Source of the DNA: Raillietiella orientalis
Lineage: Eukaryota
Length of the DNA: 64,000 nt
Assembly (NCBI GenBank): GCA_036172245.1
Contig: JAYWIR010000022.1
Location: forward strand, 2,976,001 to 3,040,000
Direction of reading: 5' to 3'
The notes below the pieces were generated by a model. That model was given only the letters and a program-made list of their open reading frames with translations, did no database searches and was not told the origin of the DNA. The position numbers and the translations under genes were made by a program. Shown here in pieces: positions 27,854-39,919 of the stretch. The number at the start of each line of letters is the position of its first letter. Position 1 is the first letter of the stretch.

Positions 27854-30761
27854 GTTATATCTAGTCATGTTCTTTGACCAAGTTCTCATAATCTTTCGTG
27901 ATTGTATTTAAAGTCGAGTGTCCCCCGTTGTTGGTACGGAACACGAAGTTTCTGTCGAACCCACGTTTAATCGACGTTCACGATTTACTCCATCCGAATC
28001 GAACCGAACGGTTTTAAATCTGTGAAAGTCATGTACCCATGCTTGCGGCATATCAGTATTATGAAATAAATTGCGATGTTTGGTATTTATATTACTGTTT
28101 GCATTGGAAGCAGCAAATCGTTGACGAATTTACAAATGCATTTGTGAGTTCGTTCCATGCTCCATCCTCTGAGACCTTGGACAAATAATAAGAATCGTCA
28201 CTAAGCCGTTGCCACAGCCTCCAGTTGCGGATTAATCGAAGGGTTTATAGATATATTGCGAAATGTGTTTGTTCCAACGTGAGTAGGACCACCAGAGCCT
28301 TCATGCTCACTTTGCAGTCGGAATTTCTGGACTGCAGTCACTGGAACGACACTTTTGCGTTCGAGGCAGAACCTGCTACACTGATCAGCGCCGCCTTCTC
28401 AAGCAATTATGCGCGTGGTTGTGTGCCTCGGCACGGGGATGACGCCTCTGCGTTGTGCTGCATTGAAAGGTATATTGCACGTGGTACCGTCTGGTACGAA
28501 ACCTGTACATGGTGACGCTCTGGGAGCGAGTGAAGGAATTACATACAGCTCTCCGAAGTGAGGCAGCAAGCGCTGATGATGTAATCGACCTCTCCCCCTC
28601 CGTATTCCCGGTGCAGATGGGGAGAGGCACCCTCACGTTCTGCTCGCAAAGGTCGCGAAAACTTCATCGTCTTTTTCCTAATCAGGGGACTTCATTCGAC
28701 TGGTAAATTCGTCGGGACCGTTGGTTCGAACATTCGACTCCATACAGAGGTTGAAATTGGGCACGGAAGCAAGGACTGTGCGTCGAAATTCACCGAATGT
28801 TGTGGAGTCCAGGAATAGTTCCTTGAGGAACGTGCGGGATGTGCGTAAAGTAGGAGAAGCAAAGGTCGGATTTCGCCCTTGTGAGGTGGAACGGACGAGT
28901 CCGCAGGGGTGACTCGCACGGAAGAAATGCAGTTGCTGAAATCCCCTCCTGTCTTCAGTGGCGGAAAGATTAGATCGGCAGGGACCAAAGGCCTCGCCAG
29001 TCCGGTTTTCTGGGTCGCGCGCGCGCGCCTAGGCAATTCTTCAGTGCCTGCAGTCCTCAAAAGCAAATTTCCCGGCCACGACCTTTGCAGTGTACAGCTG
29101 TACGAGAGAGGGAAAGGAAAGGTTTCACGTGCTGAACAACGCGCCGAAACGTGGAAAGGGATCACGCGGATTCCAGGCTTTCGTTACCACGGGTACCGGT
29201 CGCTACGGATTCGAAAACGTTGTCCAAGGTTGCGGGTGAAAACATTGGCCACGGAGGACGCCCGGAATCAAGTAATACTCTTCCAGGATCTACCGAGTGT
29301 CAGGGAAGCTGCTTTTTCCCTCGCGAACTCGCAAATCCGCCAGGAATCTCAGTGTTTTGTGTGTGCGCGTGTTCCAAGCACTGGCATTGCAACTTTCTTC
29401 CCCGTTTCCTTGTACACGTTTCCCAGTTTGTTGCGGAATGCCACGTGTATTCACTCTTTCGCTGTGCTCATTCCCTGCCTCACGTGCCATTCCGCATCCG
29501 GAAGACTTTGCCAAGCCGGTGCGTGGTCAGCTCTAAGTTGCACCAGTTTTATATTACATCGGTTATTCAGGAACAATCAGGAAGAGGAAATCGATGGATC
29601 CCATTCCTGGCAAATTGTGCGGTACTTGATGAACGCCTATGCAAGGAAACAGACCCCTTCATTCGTTTGTTTTACGCAGAAGTTTCCAGTTCGGAAGTGC
29701 CAGGGAATTAGAGAGAGATACACTGCCTCGAACAAGGAGGCCTTCTCTTTGTAGCAGTAATCTGCTTACAATTGGGATTTCCGACTGCTGCGATTCTCTT
29801 TCTTATCTCCGCTCATCCAAGTTTCGGGTTCTGAGCGCGTGAAGCGGTCAGCAGCGCCAGAAGTTGTTTCCCCCTTTGAAACCGACTGGAAGAGATGCAC
29901 GTCCGAATCCGAAGATGATTCACTGCTCTGTGAACTTTCCTTCCTCGTTTTCTTCCAATTCTTCACAATACAGAACGCGTACAGTGGCTTCAGCAATATG
30001 GAACGATGGACTCTCACATTTCCTTGCATCGGTTCTTGTTGGTCCTGTGTTCCACCTCGTTTCCGGGATCTGCTTTTTATCCTTCGCGACTTCAACCTTC
30101 GTGGCTTTGCGTGCCTTTGAATGGTATCTCTTGGATTTCGATTGCTGACCGCTACCATTTCCCATCACTGTCTCGGAAGCCTGGTGTCCTTCTGCTGGCT
30201 CAGGCCTCTACTCGCAGGAAAGTAAACCGAAATTCGCAAAAATCTCTTTTCCGCAACTCGATCTTTTTCGGTTTTGAGCAGGAAGCCTTTGCTGAGACTT
30301 CCAAATTCGAAGTGTCGTCCGGTTGCAAATGCGTATCCAAAGTGAAGCAATCGAGTGCCCTCTATGGCTCCATCGGCAGTTGATGCGGGGTCTCCAGCAA
30401 GGCATCATTAGACCTAAGTGAAGAAGGTGGAGCTCCCCTGTGAGCGCGCGGAATATGTACCTCGTGCTTAAGGGAAAAAGGATTCTTCGCGTATCGGGGG
30501 AAAAAAGAGGTTTCTTCAGGTGCCTCCACCCTCCAGACAGTCGAATCGGGACATGTGAAAGCCGGATTTCGATCACAAAGGGGCACGTGGAACGGGGTTC
30601 TCATCTCGAAGTTCTGCGAACTACGGGGGGATGCAGTCCCTACTCTGCTTTATCGTTTTTGCCGCGCGTGGAGCGGTGTCCTGAAACGTCGAATGGACTG
30701 AGGAGGAACAGCCAGGACTGGGCTTTCCGTGATCTGGTGCGAATGTGCGCTCCTCACTGCG

Positions 30762-30906
30762 GGACCCGGGGAAGGAGGTGAGTCCCAACTGCGGCAGGTG
30801 TGAAGAAAGAGAGTCCCTCTCGCACCTACTCGTGGACTGTGTGGCCCTCCGCCCCCTGTGGGAACGCTTTGCCGCGTCCCTGCGGATCCCCGAGGGAAAT
30901 CCCAGA
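30762..30906 (+). repeat. 145-bp inverted repeat, arm 1 (LINE zf-RVT segment)
   Basis: Exact reverse complement of 32679-32823. It encodes PNCGRCEERESLSHLLVDCVALRPLW. Confidence 0.95.
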
Positions 30907-31769
30907 CGAAATCTTTTATCATTTGCTATTAGGACAGTAATCTTAGTGTGCATTCCAACAGTCATTCCAAATAGGGACAAACGAGCGAGTTGCCACCCCC
31001 ATTCGATCTCTTGTGAAAACAACAGGAGGGAAGACGGCCTCATTCCCTGCTGCTAGCAGTTGGATATTTCGACTTTGATCACTTTTGGCGGTGCCGATTT
31101 TCAAGAGGCCACAAGGCAAGTAGCAGTAAGAAATTCATGCGGAAAAAAACACATCTTTTTCTCTCCCCCACTCCCACCTTCTCCCTCTTCTCTTTAATAA
31201 AATGAGTGATCAGCAGCGGCAAAACGCACTCTCATTTCAATGAAAACTTTTCAATCCCATAAATTTCATTAGCCATTTTCACATTCAGCAGAGTGTTACC
31301 AAGCTGCTTACTACATCCCTCTCGTGTATTCTTATTTGGATCGAAGAGCTGGTGTCCTTTGCACCTTTTTTTTTTAAAAAAAAGAAAATTCCCCTTCAGC
31401 ATTCACTTTCGATTTCTTCTCACGACGAGTCGCTGATTCGTTTTTTTTTGTGCCCCCACCCCCCCAACCATATGTTTGTTGGCCATGATCCGTACTCATC
31501 TGTATCACACAGGTTCCCACGTAATCTGGAAAGAAACAAAGAAAAAAAAAAAACATTTGATTAATTCACGGTGCTCTTGCGGTTGTCGCAGTGATGTCTT
31601 CTGCTTTCCTGCTGTGAGGCCGGCAACTTCTCATACGGAAAGCAAACACTCTGTTCTCTTGCGCTTCATTCGGACAATCCTCGACGCGGGAACCTCAGGT
31701 CCGACGCTCTGAGAGCCTGGATTCTTCCCTCTCGGGGGTCCGGCGAGGGTCTCGTTTTTTTTTTCAAGT

Positions 31770-32260
31770 CAGTGACGCGACCTGGAGCAGATTCAGTCAG
31801 CATCCTTGGCAGCGCACGGATCCAATGGGTCTCACTTCAGGGAGGGAGGCGGCTTGAGCCCTCAGATCGGCTTGGTCCGCGCGGGTGCGCCAACTTCACC
31901 CAGGAAGACCACGGTCGGTTTCACCGTCGAAACGCGACGCCTTCCGCCAGAGCTTCCCTCCGAAGAATTCACGACGGCTGGGATCTTTCGGACTGGGTTC
32001 TCGGTAACGCACGTTCCGTGAGGCACCTGTTGCCAGGGATCTTCGTCTTCGTCTCGCACGTGCGCACGGACGCCAGTCACCTTCGCGACCGAGGCCACCA
32101 CAGGCACCGTTTGAAGTGGTACGGAAGGCCATCGGATTGGACGGCACATCGAAACTGGAGATCCTTTGAGGACTGTTGGATTGGCATCCGGTTGCGCCGA
32201 GGCGTTTATTTGTATGGAAATAAACTTACAGGTCAGTGGCAGGATGCTGGACTCTGCCAC
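31770..32260 (+). mobile_element. Possible Tx1-like ORF1 remnant
   Basis: GC-rich. WVLGNARSVR...RLKWYGRP resembles the Tx1 ORF1 GxRxV...YxGQP region. Confidence 0.3.
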
Positions 32261-32339
32261 GTTACAAATATACTAAAAGGAACCTGCCGAGTACCGGCAC
32301 GCAGGCCAGCGGCGGGTGCTCGCCTCGGTAGCAGAAGAA

Positions 32340-32930
32340 GAGGCAGGACAAACAAAAAAGAAAAATAAAACAAAAAACCTACAGTCCAAAAATTTGAGGG
32401 AGGGGAGGGGGTTCAGGAAGGGATCACCGTGTGCTGGAGGACGTCCTCTGCATCCTTGTAAGGATACCGGCAAGTTTCTGTTTTACGATCCCCAGATGGG
32501 GCCATCCTGACGCTATCCTCATGAAAAGGACGGAAGAATAGATGGTGTCCCTGTCGTTCTGGCCTCCTCTGGCGTTTCTCCATGCAGCCACGGTTCCTCT
32601 GCGTAGGCAGCCAAGTGCTGCTAAGGATGCCGTCTGCCGGCGTGAGGGTGTCGCGCTGGAAGAGGCTTTCAGAACGCCTCTGGGATTTCCCTCGGGGATC
32701 CGCAGGGACGCGGCAAAGCGTTCCCACAGGGGGCGGAGGGCCACACAGTCCACGAGTAGGTGCGAGAGGGACTCTCTTTCTTCACACCTGCCGCAGTTGG
32801 GACTCACCTCCTTCCCCGGGTCCAGTGGTGTCGGCGGGAGTTGCACGGGAGGCCTCATCACAACAGAAGGATCGACGCCTCCTACCGCTTTAGGGGGAGG
32901 GTGGCACTGCTCCAGCACTCTGAGGACCAC
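32340..32930 (-). mobile_element. L1/Tx1-like LINE 3' end (zf-RVT plus ORF2 C-terminus), family C copy 1; contains inverted repeat arm 2 (32679-32823)
   Basis: CGRCEERESLSHLLVDCVALRPLW. The C-terminal MRIASGWPHLGIVKQKLAGI is homologous to MRMAARWSHISEEVRKISGI at ~36950-37010, and a pyrimidine-rich 3' tail follows. Confidence 0.75.
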
Positions 32931-33349
32931 TTCACCTCCGAGGTACAGTGGCCACGAGGACTATTGGAGGACGAAGACCCGGCAACTCCACCGTACGGGT
33001 GATGGTCGCGTTCTTCCTGTGGAGCATCTTCATCAGGAGGATGAAACTCACGAGGGGCCACCCGAGCAGCACCGGGACATCCTTCAAGGACTCCTGAAGA
33101 ATAAAATCGGCATTTCTGAGTGCGTGAGGGTACCTTTCTGGACCCTCCTGCTCACTACACTATGGATAGTACAATGAGCGGTCAGCACCGTGCAGTGACT
33201 TGCCCGCGCCGGGCCGCACGGACATGGCAAGCGACCTGCCAGTCGCCAAAGTGACAGCACTTGTCTGTTCGTTTGTCTGCGTGGTTCCGATGGTTCAGTG
33301 AATTCACTCCACCGCGGCGTCGGACTGGGGAAATAAGGCACCATTTCTC

Positions 33350-34125
33350 TCGTGGAAAAGGCACCTCGGTCGGCCAAACCAGGACTTTTCGCCCGCTTGG
33401 AACCGGACCTCCTCTCACAGCAGCCCCGCCTCCGGCTGCGGGGTTACCCAGACTTCCTCGAAAGCTGTTGCCACTCTGATGCCTCCTCCCGGCGCTTTGC
33501 AGCGCGAGTGGAGTCCCCCTTTTCCGTGTTCCCTCAACCAGATGCCATTGGCTTCCAGCCTCCACTCTGCTGGGAGAACCTGCCCTGCTGGGGTGCTCCT
33601 CTTCAGATGGAGCTTGGTGGGGTGTGGAGGGCGCGTCCGCGACTCGGCGACCAGAGCGTCTGCGACGGTCTTTGCAAATCCCGCCCGGGGAAGGAAGGGT
33701 CGACGTTGAGAACGGGGGCTGCGTAGTGGGTTTTAAGCCTTCCCACGCGCAAGATGACGCTGGTTGGCCTGCAGGCTCCTTACACTAGGTGGCAGCCGGA
33801 TGCTCCCGTTGACTCTCCAGGATCAGAAGTTGGCCTCTCCGGGTCTTTCCAGGAATCACGGTGCCTTTCGGGATTCCCCCTCCCGCTGTGCAAATGGAGC
33901 CGATCCCTTCCCTGGGGTAGGGTCCTTTCCATCGCGTTGCCACCGGTTCCGGTTTCCAGCCATTCTGCCGAATGCCTCGGTTGCCACTCTGAATCCGATT
34001 ACTCTATCCATGAGCTCACCGCCGCTTGCCTCCTGTCCGTTGGTCCCCTTGGTGTCTCCAGGGATGCTTTTCCTTGCGTGAGAATCCCTCGCTGCCCTCG
34101 GCCCTCCCGTAGAAAATCGTCCTAA
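33350..34125 (+). mobile_element. LINE ORF2 3' remnant, family A copy 2
   Basis: VWRARP...CKSRPGK, caagatgacgctggttggcct and ccgggtctttccagga are shared with 43240-43400. It has a degenerate ECLGC...SIHELTAAC zinc motif. Confidence 0.5.
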
Positions 34126-34149
34126 AGGCGGATCCTCGCACTGCTCGTT

Positions 34150-34330
34150 AGGATTCGCATCCGGGAAGCGTCGTGGAGCGAGGTCGAGTTCCAGTCTCTA
34201 GGATGAAAAGGAAGGGCAGATGCGTTTCAAGGATGTCCATGACCAGAGCTCCATCCGTCCATGTCCTGTCCCATCGCGGAGGCTGGGCAGATTGAAAGTT
34301 TGGTCCCGGCGCGGTCACCCCGAGATGTCC
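34150..34330 (-). mobile_element. APE endonuclease N-terminal remnant
   Basis: QTFNLPSLR (cf. TxNxxGL) followed by MDIL...FLFILET (cf. DIxxLQET), frameshifted. Confidence 0.45.
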
Positions 34331-36559
34331 CTCCTCCTCCTTGGAACCAGCTGGAGAGGAAGCCCTTGCAGTAGCGCAGAAGGGGAGGGGAAGTTGGGGA
34401 GGGGGTTTCGTGGCGAATATCCCATCCCCCGTCCCTCTAACCTGCGGCCGAAAGAGCTTGGACACAACTGCGCGCCCGGTGTCCAGCAGGGTGGACGCGG
34501 AAAGGGAAGACGGAGGGAGGCTCCGCGGAGCAGCTCCGTCCAACGCGGACGGCCTCCAGAGTGGTCCCAGGGAAGCTGCAGCCCTCCCCGCAGAGGCGCC
34601 GGAAGCTCATGCAAGCGATCTTCCACATAGTGTCAGAGGATCCACGGGCCTCAGGGGAACAACGGGGAAAGCTAGCGCCGTCGGTGCTCGCACTCGTCTC
34701 CAGGACGAAGAGAGCAACTGGTGCTGCCTCGCAGCATCTTTCGGACGAAACGGCGGACGCTTCCGATAGCGGTCTCCCTCTACATGCCCCCATATTTTTC
34801 AGTCTGTAAGCTGCATCTTTCTTAATTTCGTAGAAATTCCCATTTTTTCATCTTATCTGGATACCCTCACCATAATAAATATTATTGATTGTTTATTAAT
34901 AATTTCAAACATTGAGGACGTTCTATCGGTCAAGGCGCACTCTTCCCAAACTCTCAAGATAGCACTGCTGCTGTCATGGGTGACGAACGAAAAGATTTCA
35001 TCAATCAATGACTGATTAATAAAAAATCCGCATCACGTGAAAGACCCCTTTCGGCGTCCGTTGAAATCCCGGGGTTCGAAGGCAATCCTTCCGGCGCCGC
35101 GGGAGCTCCACGCCCGCGGGCATTCGGCCGTCGCGGCAAGACCTTCGGAAGGACGGGAGGGCGGACCAGGGACACAGGGACCGGAAGCGTGCGCGTGGAT
35201 GCCGGGATTTGTCGGGAGGAGGGGAGACCTCTTGCCCGGAAGACAGGGAAGAGGGCAACATCACTTGCGGAACGCTCTGGAGGGGGAGGCGGGGCACCCT
35301 GCCCTCCGCCCTCTGGGCCAGAGTGCCTCGGAAAGCGCTCCGGGGAGAGGCAGGAGAGACGCCTCCGGAAGCCGCTCGGCCGGCGCGGCGAAGACGGTGA
35401 CCCCATGCACGCGGGACACCGAGGGCATCCCGAATGCTCGTCCTCACCACCGCTAACCACGCGGGGTCTCATCCTAACAGTTGCACCTTCGGCATATGCG
35501 ATCGGCTGGTAATCTTTCTGCTCCTCTTATAGGCAGGACGTTTAGCAGACTCGGGTGAGGCGGCGGCGGGGGGATCGCTCCGAACCTCCGTCCACTGCTC
35601 TTCCTGTCTGCCGCCGCCAGCTCTTCGCGAACGCCGGTGCGCCAGGCGTTTCTTCAGCGAGGAGAGAGGGCTGGGAGGGGGACGTCCTCTTTTTGCCTGT
35701 GGGTGCAGCATGGGTCGCGGCCACGCCACGAGACGCGAGCCGTCCCTTCGAGGCGTGGCCGTGCCATCTTCGGCTCCCGCAGCCCTCCTGCACCGCGTCC
35801 AGCGCTTCAAGGATACCGCCGGGCACACCCGCCATGAAACTCGCCTAGCGATCCACCTGGACAGGTCGTCGGGGTAGGACCGCCACCGGCATTTTGGGCT
35901 CTGCTTACGACAAGGCCCGCAGGTTCGGTCCATCGGCGAAGAAGAGGGAGGAGGAGGGTAGGGTGGGTTCCGCAAGGGTGGGCGAGGGGAAGCGGCGCGG
36001 CGCGCACCCACCGTGGGCCGAGGCGGCGGGTGCGGTTCTCGAGTGGCTCTCGGGTGCGTCGCTCTTCCTTCCAGGATCCGTTCCGGGGAGCCAGCGGGAT
36101 GCCCCATCGGGGTCGACGCGCTGCTGCGGCTAGGGGCCACGGGCGGAATCCCCTGAGAGTTGCCCCTAGCTGCTGCGGGATTTCCGCGCTGGTCATCCAG
36201 GGCCGGCAATTGAAGGTTTCGGTAACCCTGCCTGCGGGCATCGTTGCAGAGTGCCCCCGGAGTCCCAGGAGGCACTCGTGCCCTTCGTCGGCTGACCGTC
36301 TCGGAACCGCTCCGCTCTCGTTCGACACTCCTGGTTGCCATGGCAGTCGTCGTGATCCTCCCGGGGCCGACAAAGTGGAGTGATGCCCGCGCGCTCTCAG
36401 CCTCCAACCCGAGAACCTGCAGTCGATCTCGAACGAGCGCGGTCGCCGCCGCAGACTCTTCTTCCGGGCTTTCGCCGGTCCAGGGGAGGGGGTGTAGCTC
36501 CGGGGGCAGTAATACCCCGCCGCTTTTGTCCCCTCCCGGGCCGCGCACCGACCGCCCCT

Positions 36560-37206
36560 TTCGATTCTTTTCGCGGCGGCAGAATCTCGGCAGGAGCCGC
36601 TGTGCCGCAGGGATGGGCTGCTGCATCCGCGCCGCCCCCGCAGCCCGCTGCGTGCCGGAGCCTTGAGCGCGACGGAGGGAACTGTAGAAGGTGCGGAGCA
36701 GCGGAAACGAATCCGCATCCGCTCTTCGACTGCGGTGCTCTACAAGGACTGTGGCGGACCCTGCCTTCAGCGCTCCTGCATCCGGGGGGCACCACAATGG
36801 ACGTGATGGGCCGCTTCTTCACGCGCGGCGGTCTCTCTCTAGGTGCGGTCATCGCAACGATCTGTGGCATCGGCGCCATCATAGTGGCCCGACACGTGTT
36901 GGAGTCGCGAGCGGCCCCAACAGGGTTCACCAGAATTGCAGCCTCCAACATGAGGATGGCTGCCAGGTGGTCTCACATCAGTGAAGAAGTCAGGAAGATC
37001 TCCGGCATTGAGCGCCGGTTCTGAGAAGAAGGAACAGCCGAACCCCTGTCCCCTATCCCCCCATATCTTTTTGCATTTATTTATTGTCCCCTCCCTCCCA
37101 TTCCGGACTCAGGATGCCCGACCTGCGTGTCTGGGAGCCCTCCCCCTGAACTTCTGTTCCCTTTGCTTGGAAACTTTGTTCCCAGATGATTTCTATTTTA
37201 AATAAA
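36560..37206 (+). mobile_element. L1/Tx1-like LINE 3' end (zf-RVT), family C copy 2
   Basis: GNCRRCGAAETNPHPLFDCGALQGLW, stop at 37024, then a pyrimidine-rich UTR ending in AATAAA at ~37201. Confidence 0.7.
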
Positions 37207-37925
37207 TGTCCCGGAGCAACCGGGTAAGAAACGACGCGTCCTCGTCGGAGGCAGCGGCGGGCAGGCAGCACACGTGGGTCCGCCAAGAACGGGGTCGACG
37301 ATCATCGAAGGTGAGGAGGCTCTTCGGGGCACCCGAATCCCCATCTACAGAGAAGCTCATCTCATCTCGACTCGGCGAGCCAGCGCGCACTGCGCCCGCG
37401 CCCCGTCGCCACGGCAACCGCTTTTCGCACAAGCGCCGCTCACTGTTGCTGCGGAAACGCTGCTCTCTCGGGGCTCGCGCGCCTTCCCTCCTCGTGCTAC
37501 CGCGGGCAACACAGAGACTCCCTCCCCTTGGGGCACGCTTTTGCCTTCTTTTCGTTTTTTTTTTTTTTTTCCTCCTTTTTTTTCCTTTCCCGGAAAACGA
37601 TCGCGAGCCGCTCTCTCGCGAAACCGACACGCGTGCGCATCGGGATCGCAGTCGTCAGCGAGGTCTGGCACCTGCCTCCGCCGCCGCTGCGCAAAGGGGG
37701 GAAAAGGGGAAGGGAGGACCCGTCGGGTCATCGCTTGCTGTGGCATTCAGCAGGGTCAGGCGCGTGAGAGACAACTTCCTGCCCGTGCGGCGAACGCTCG
37801 AGTCGGGCGCCAGCGGCGGGAATTCTTTGTTTCTTCCGCCTCCTTCGGATTCGCCCGCGCGAGCGCTACGGCCGCGAAGTCCGCTCGCCGACTCAGCCGG
37901 CCGCTTCTGGGCGTCCGCGACGGCC

Positions 37926-38105
37926 ATGCTGGCACACGTGGGGGCACCCGCAACAGTGCCACCACAGCACGGAGTTCTTGTATGCCCGGATGTTCTTCTG
38001 CAGAGAAAAAAAAAAGGGGGGGGGAGGAGGGAAGAAAGAAAGAAGCGATTTTTCTGTTTTGGCGCTCAATTCCCTGGCCGGGAATCTTGCGCGCCACCTG
38101 TTGCG
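37926..38105 (+). repeat. ~180-bp direct repeat, copy 1
   Basis: Near-identical to 39738-39918 (ggcacacgtggggg...gcacggagttcttgt...gatttttctgttttggcgctcaattccctggcc...cgccacctgttgcg). Confidence 0.95.
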
Positions 38106-38341
38106 GGGGCGGGGAGGAGAGCCGGGGACGCCGAAGATTGCCGTCGTATCGCCTGCGCCACGCGAACGGGGGAACTCGGAGGCTGCGGTTGCTGCCGGGG
38201 CGCTCTTGCCTGCCCCGCTCAATTTTCCCGGGCGAACGTATAGGACGCAAGTCTCCGTCTCCGAAGGAGCAATTAGCCATTCTAGGTAGGTTCCTCTTCC
38301 GAGGTCAATGGCTTACGACGCCAACAGGGATAAGTGACCTT

Positions 38342-38351
38342 GATATATAGA
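38342..38351 (+). promoter_or_regulatory. Putative TATA box of the secreted-protein gene
   Basis: gatatataga lies ~70 bp upstream of ATG 38419 in a GC-rich context. Confidence 0.4.
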
Positions 38352-38418
38352 GATATGCATCCATGCATGCCCCTTTCGGTGTGAGCTGCCCTGTGCGAGC
38401 GTTCTGCTGGCGTCGAAG

Positions 38419-39472
38419 ATGAAGGTGGTGCTCGTATTGCTTCTGCTTTGCTCCTCGGAGGTGTTTTCTGGTAACGTATCCATCCCGCCGCGTGTTCGAT
38501 AGTGTGCTTGCAGCCCCTTCACCTTTTTTTCCTTTTTTTTTTTATTTTTTGGTGGTTTCTCCTCCCCCTCCCCCTCCTCGGCTGCCGCCGCTGCTGTGCG
38601 AAAGAGGAGGGAAAAGATTCGCTGTTGTTTCAGCCTCCATCTCGAGGAGAAGCATCCAGGACAAGAACTTGAGTGTGCCCGTATTCCAGACCGAGTTTCA
38701 GTCAAGGATGCTCCAGCTGATGACGCTCATGAACGGGTTGCTAGGCAGCGTCGTGCGGTCCACGGAGAGCAGCCTGAAGCCCGCCGTCTCGTTCAACAGC
38801 TTCCTGAGGAAACTGGGTACTTAGACGGGGGCCGCGCCCCCTAACCGCCTCCCTCTCCCTGCTCCCCCTCTCTCTTTGCCCCCATGGAAACGACGGAGCA
38901 GGGAACCTGCCGCTGCGCTTCCAAGGAATCCCCAACAGCAACTCGGTACCTTCGAAGCTGCCCGCGGGCTCCTTGCTGTCCTCCTTGGCGGGTCCGTCGG
39001 TGTTCGCGCACAGCAGTGTGGCGGACCCCGAGAGCTTCCTTTCGGTCCCGTTCGGCAACCCCGCCGCCAACTCAAGTCCCGTGCTACTCTCCTCCTCCTC
39101 TTCCTCCTCCTCCCCGAACGCGGCCGCGGGCCTGCTGGGCAACAGCAACCTCCTCAACCAGCTGCTGGGAGCCGTCGTCAACGAGCTGGTCGCCGGGATC
39201 AACCCTTCCTCTTCGAGCTCGCTATCAGGTACCTTCTGGATAAGCTTGGGGTGACGTCACTCATGCGGTCTGACCTAGCTGCCCCTCCGGGCGCCGCTGC
39301 CGCTCCGCCGCCTGCCGTCTCCGTGTCCGTCGACCCTGCTGCCGCCGCCGCCGTCCTGGGCGCGCTGGGCCGGCCCAATCCGAGTGGCAGCGCGCTTCCC
39401 AAGTTGCCGGATCCCGAACCGGCGACCGCCACTCCCCCTACCGTGGCAGAAGAAGACCCCAGTCCCGAATGA
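38419..39472 (+). CDS. Uncharacterised secreted Ser/Ala/Pro-rich protein, ~251 aa, 4 exons
   Basis: Exons are 38419-38470 (signal peptide MKVVLVLLLLCSSEVFS), 38634-38816, 38902-39228 and 39279-39472. Three GT-AG phase-1 introns join four different ORF pieces into one 756-nt open frame with GC-rich third positions. Confidence 0.75.
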
Positions 39473-39737
39473 AGGATGGGCGCTCACGCGCTCCCGAAAA
39501 GAACGATCCCGGTGTGCATAAAAAGGGGGTGGGGGGAAAGGGGAGGGGAGATTTCCCCATCCCATCCCTTTTTTTTCTCTCTCTTTTGTTCCTCGACTGA
39601 TGGGCTGGTTGGCGGCCCCATCGCTTCCCGGAGTGCCCGGTGGCAAAGAAGTTTCGAGGCGAGCGCTTCCGTGCTGCGATGCTGGAGGCGCGCGCGGCGG
39701 ACCGGGAGGATCCCGTTGCTCGACAACGAACGCCGGG

Positions 39738-39918
39738 ATGCTGGTGGCACACGTGGGGGCGCCCACAACAATGCCACCATAGCACGGAGTTCTTGTTCCC
39801 GGATGTTCTTCTGCAGAGAAAAAAAAAAGGGAGGGGGAGGAGGGAAGAAAGAAAGAAGCGATTTTTCTGTTTTGGCGCTCAATTCCCTGGCCAGAAATCG
39901 TGCCCGCCACCTGTTGCG
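39738..39918 (+). repeat. ~180-bp direct repeat, copy 2
   Basis: Near-identical to 37926-38105. Confidence 0.95.
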
Positions 39919-39919
39919 C

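Noticed and set aside
28200..30700. Long ORFs (28909-29754 plus; Ser/Arg/Lys-rich 29766-30158 minus)
   Set aside because: No motif or splice support. A pseudogene is possible but cannot be supported.
35000..38350. Very long overlapping ORFs (up to 442 aa)
   Set aside because: Explained by high GC (few stops), homopolymer runs and LINE remnants; Arg/Pro/Ala-rich shadow ORFs.
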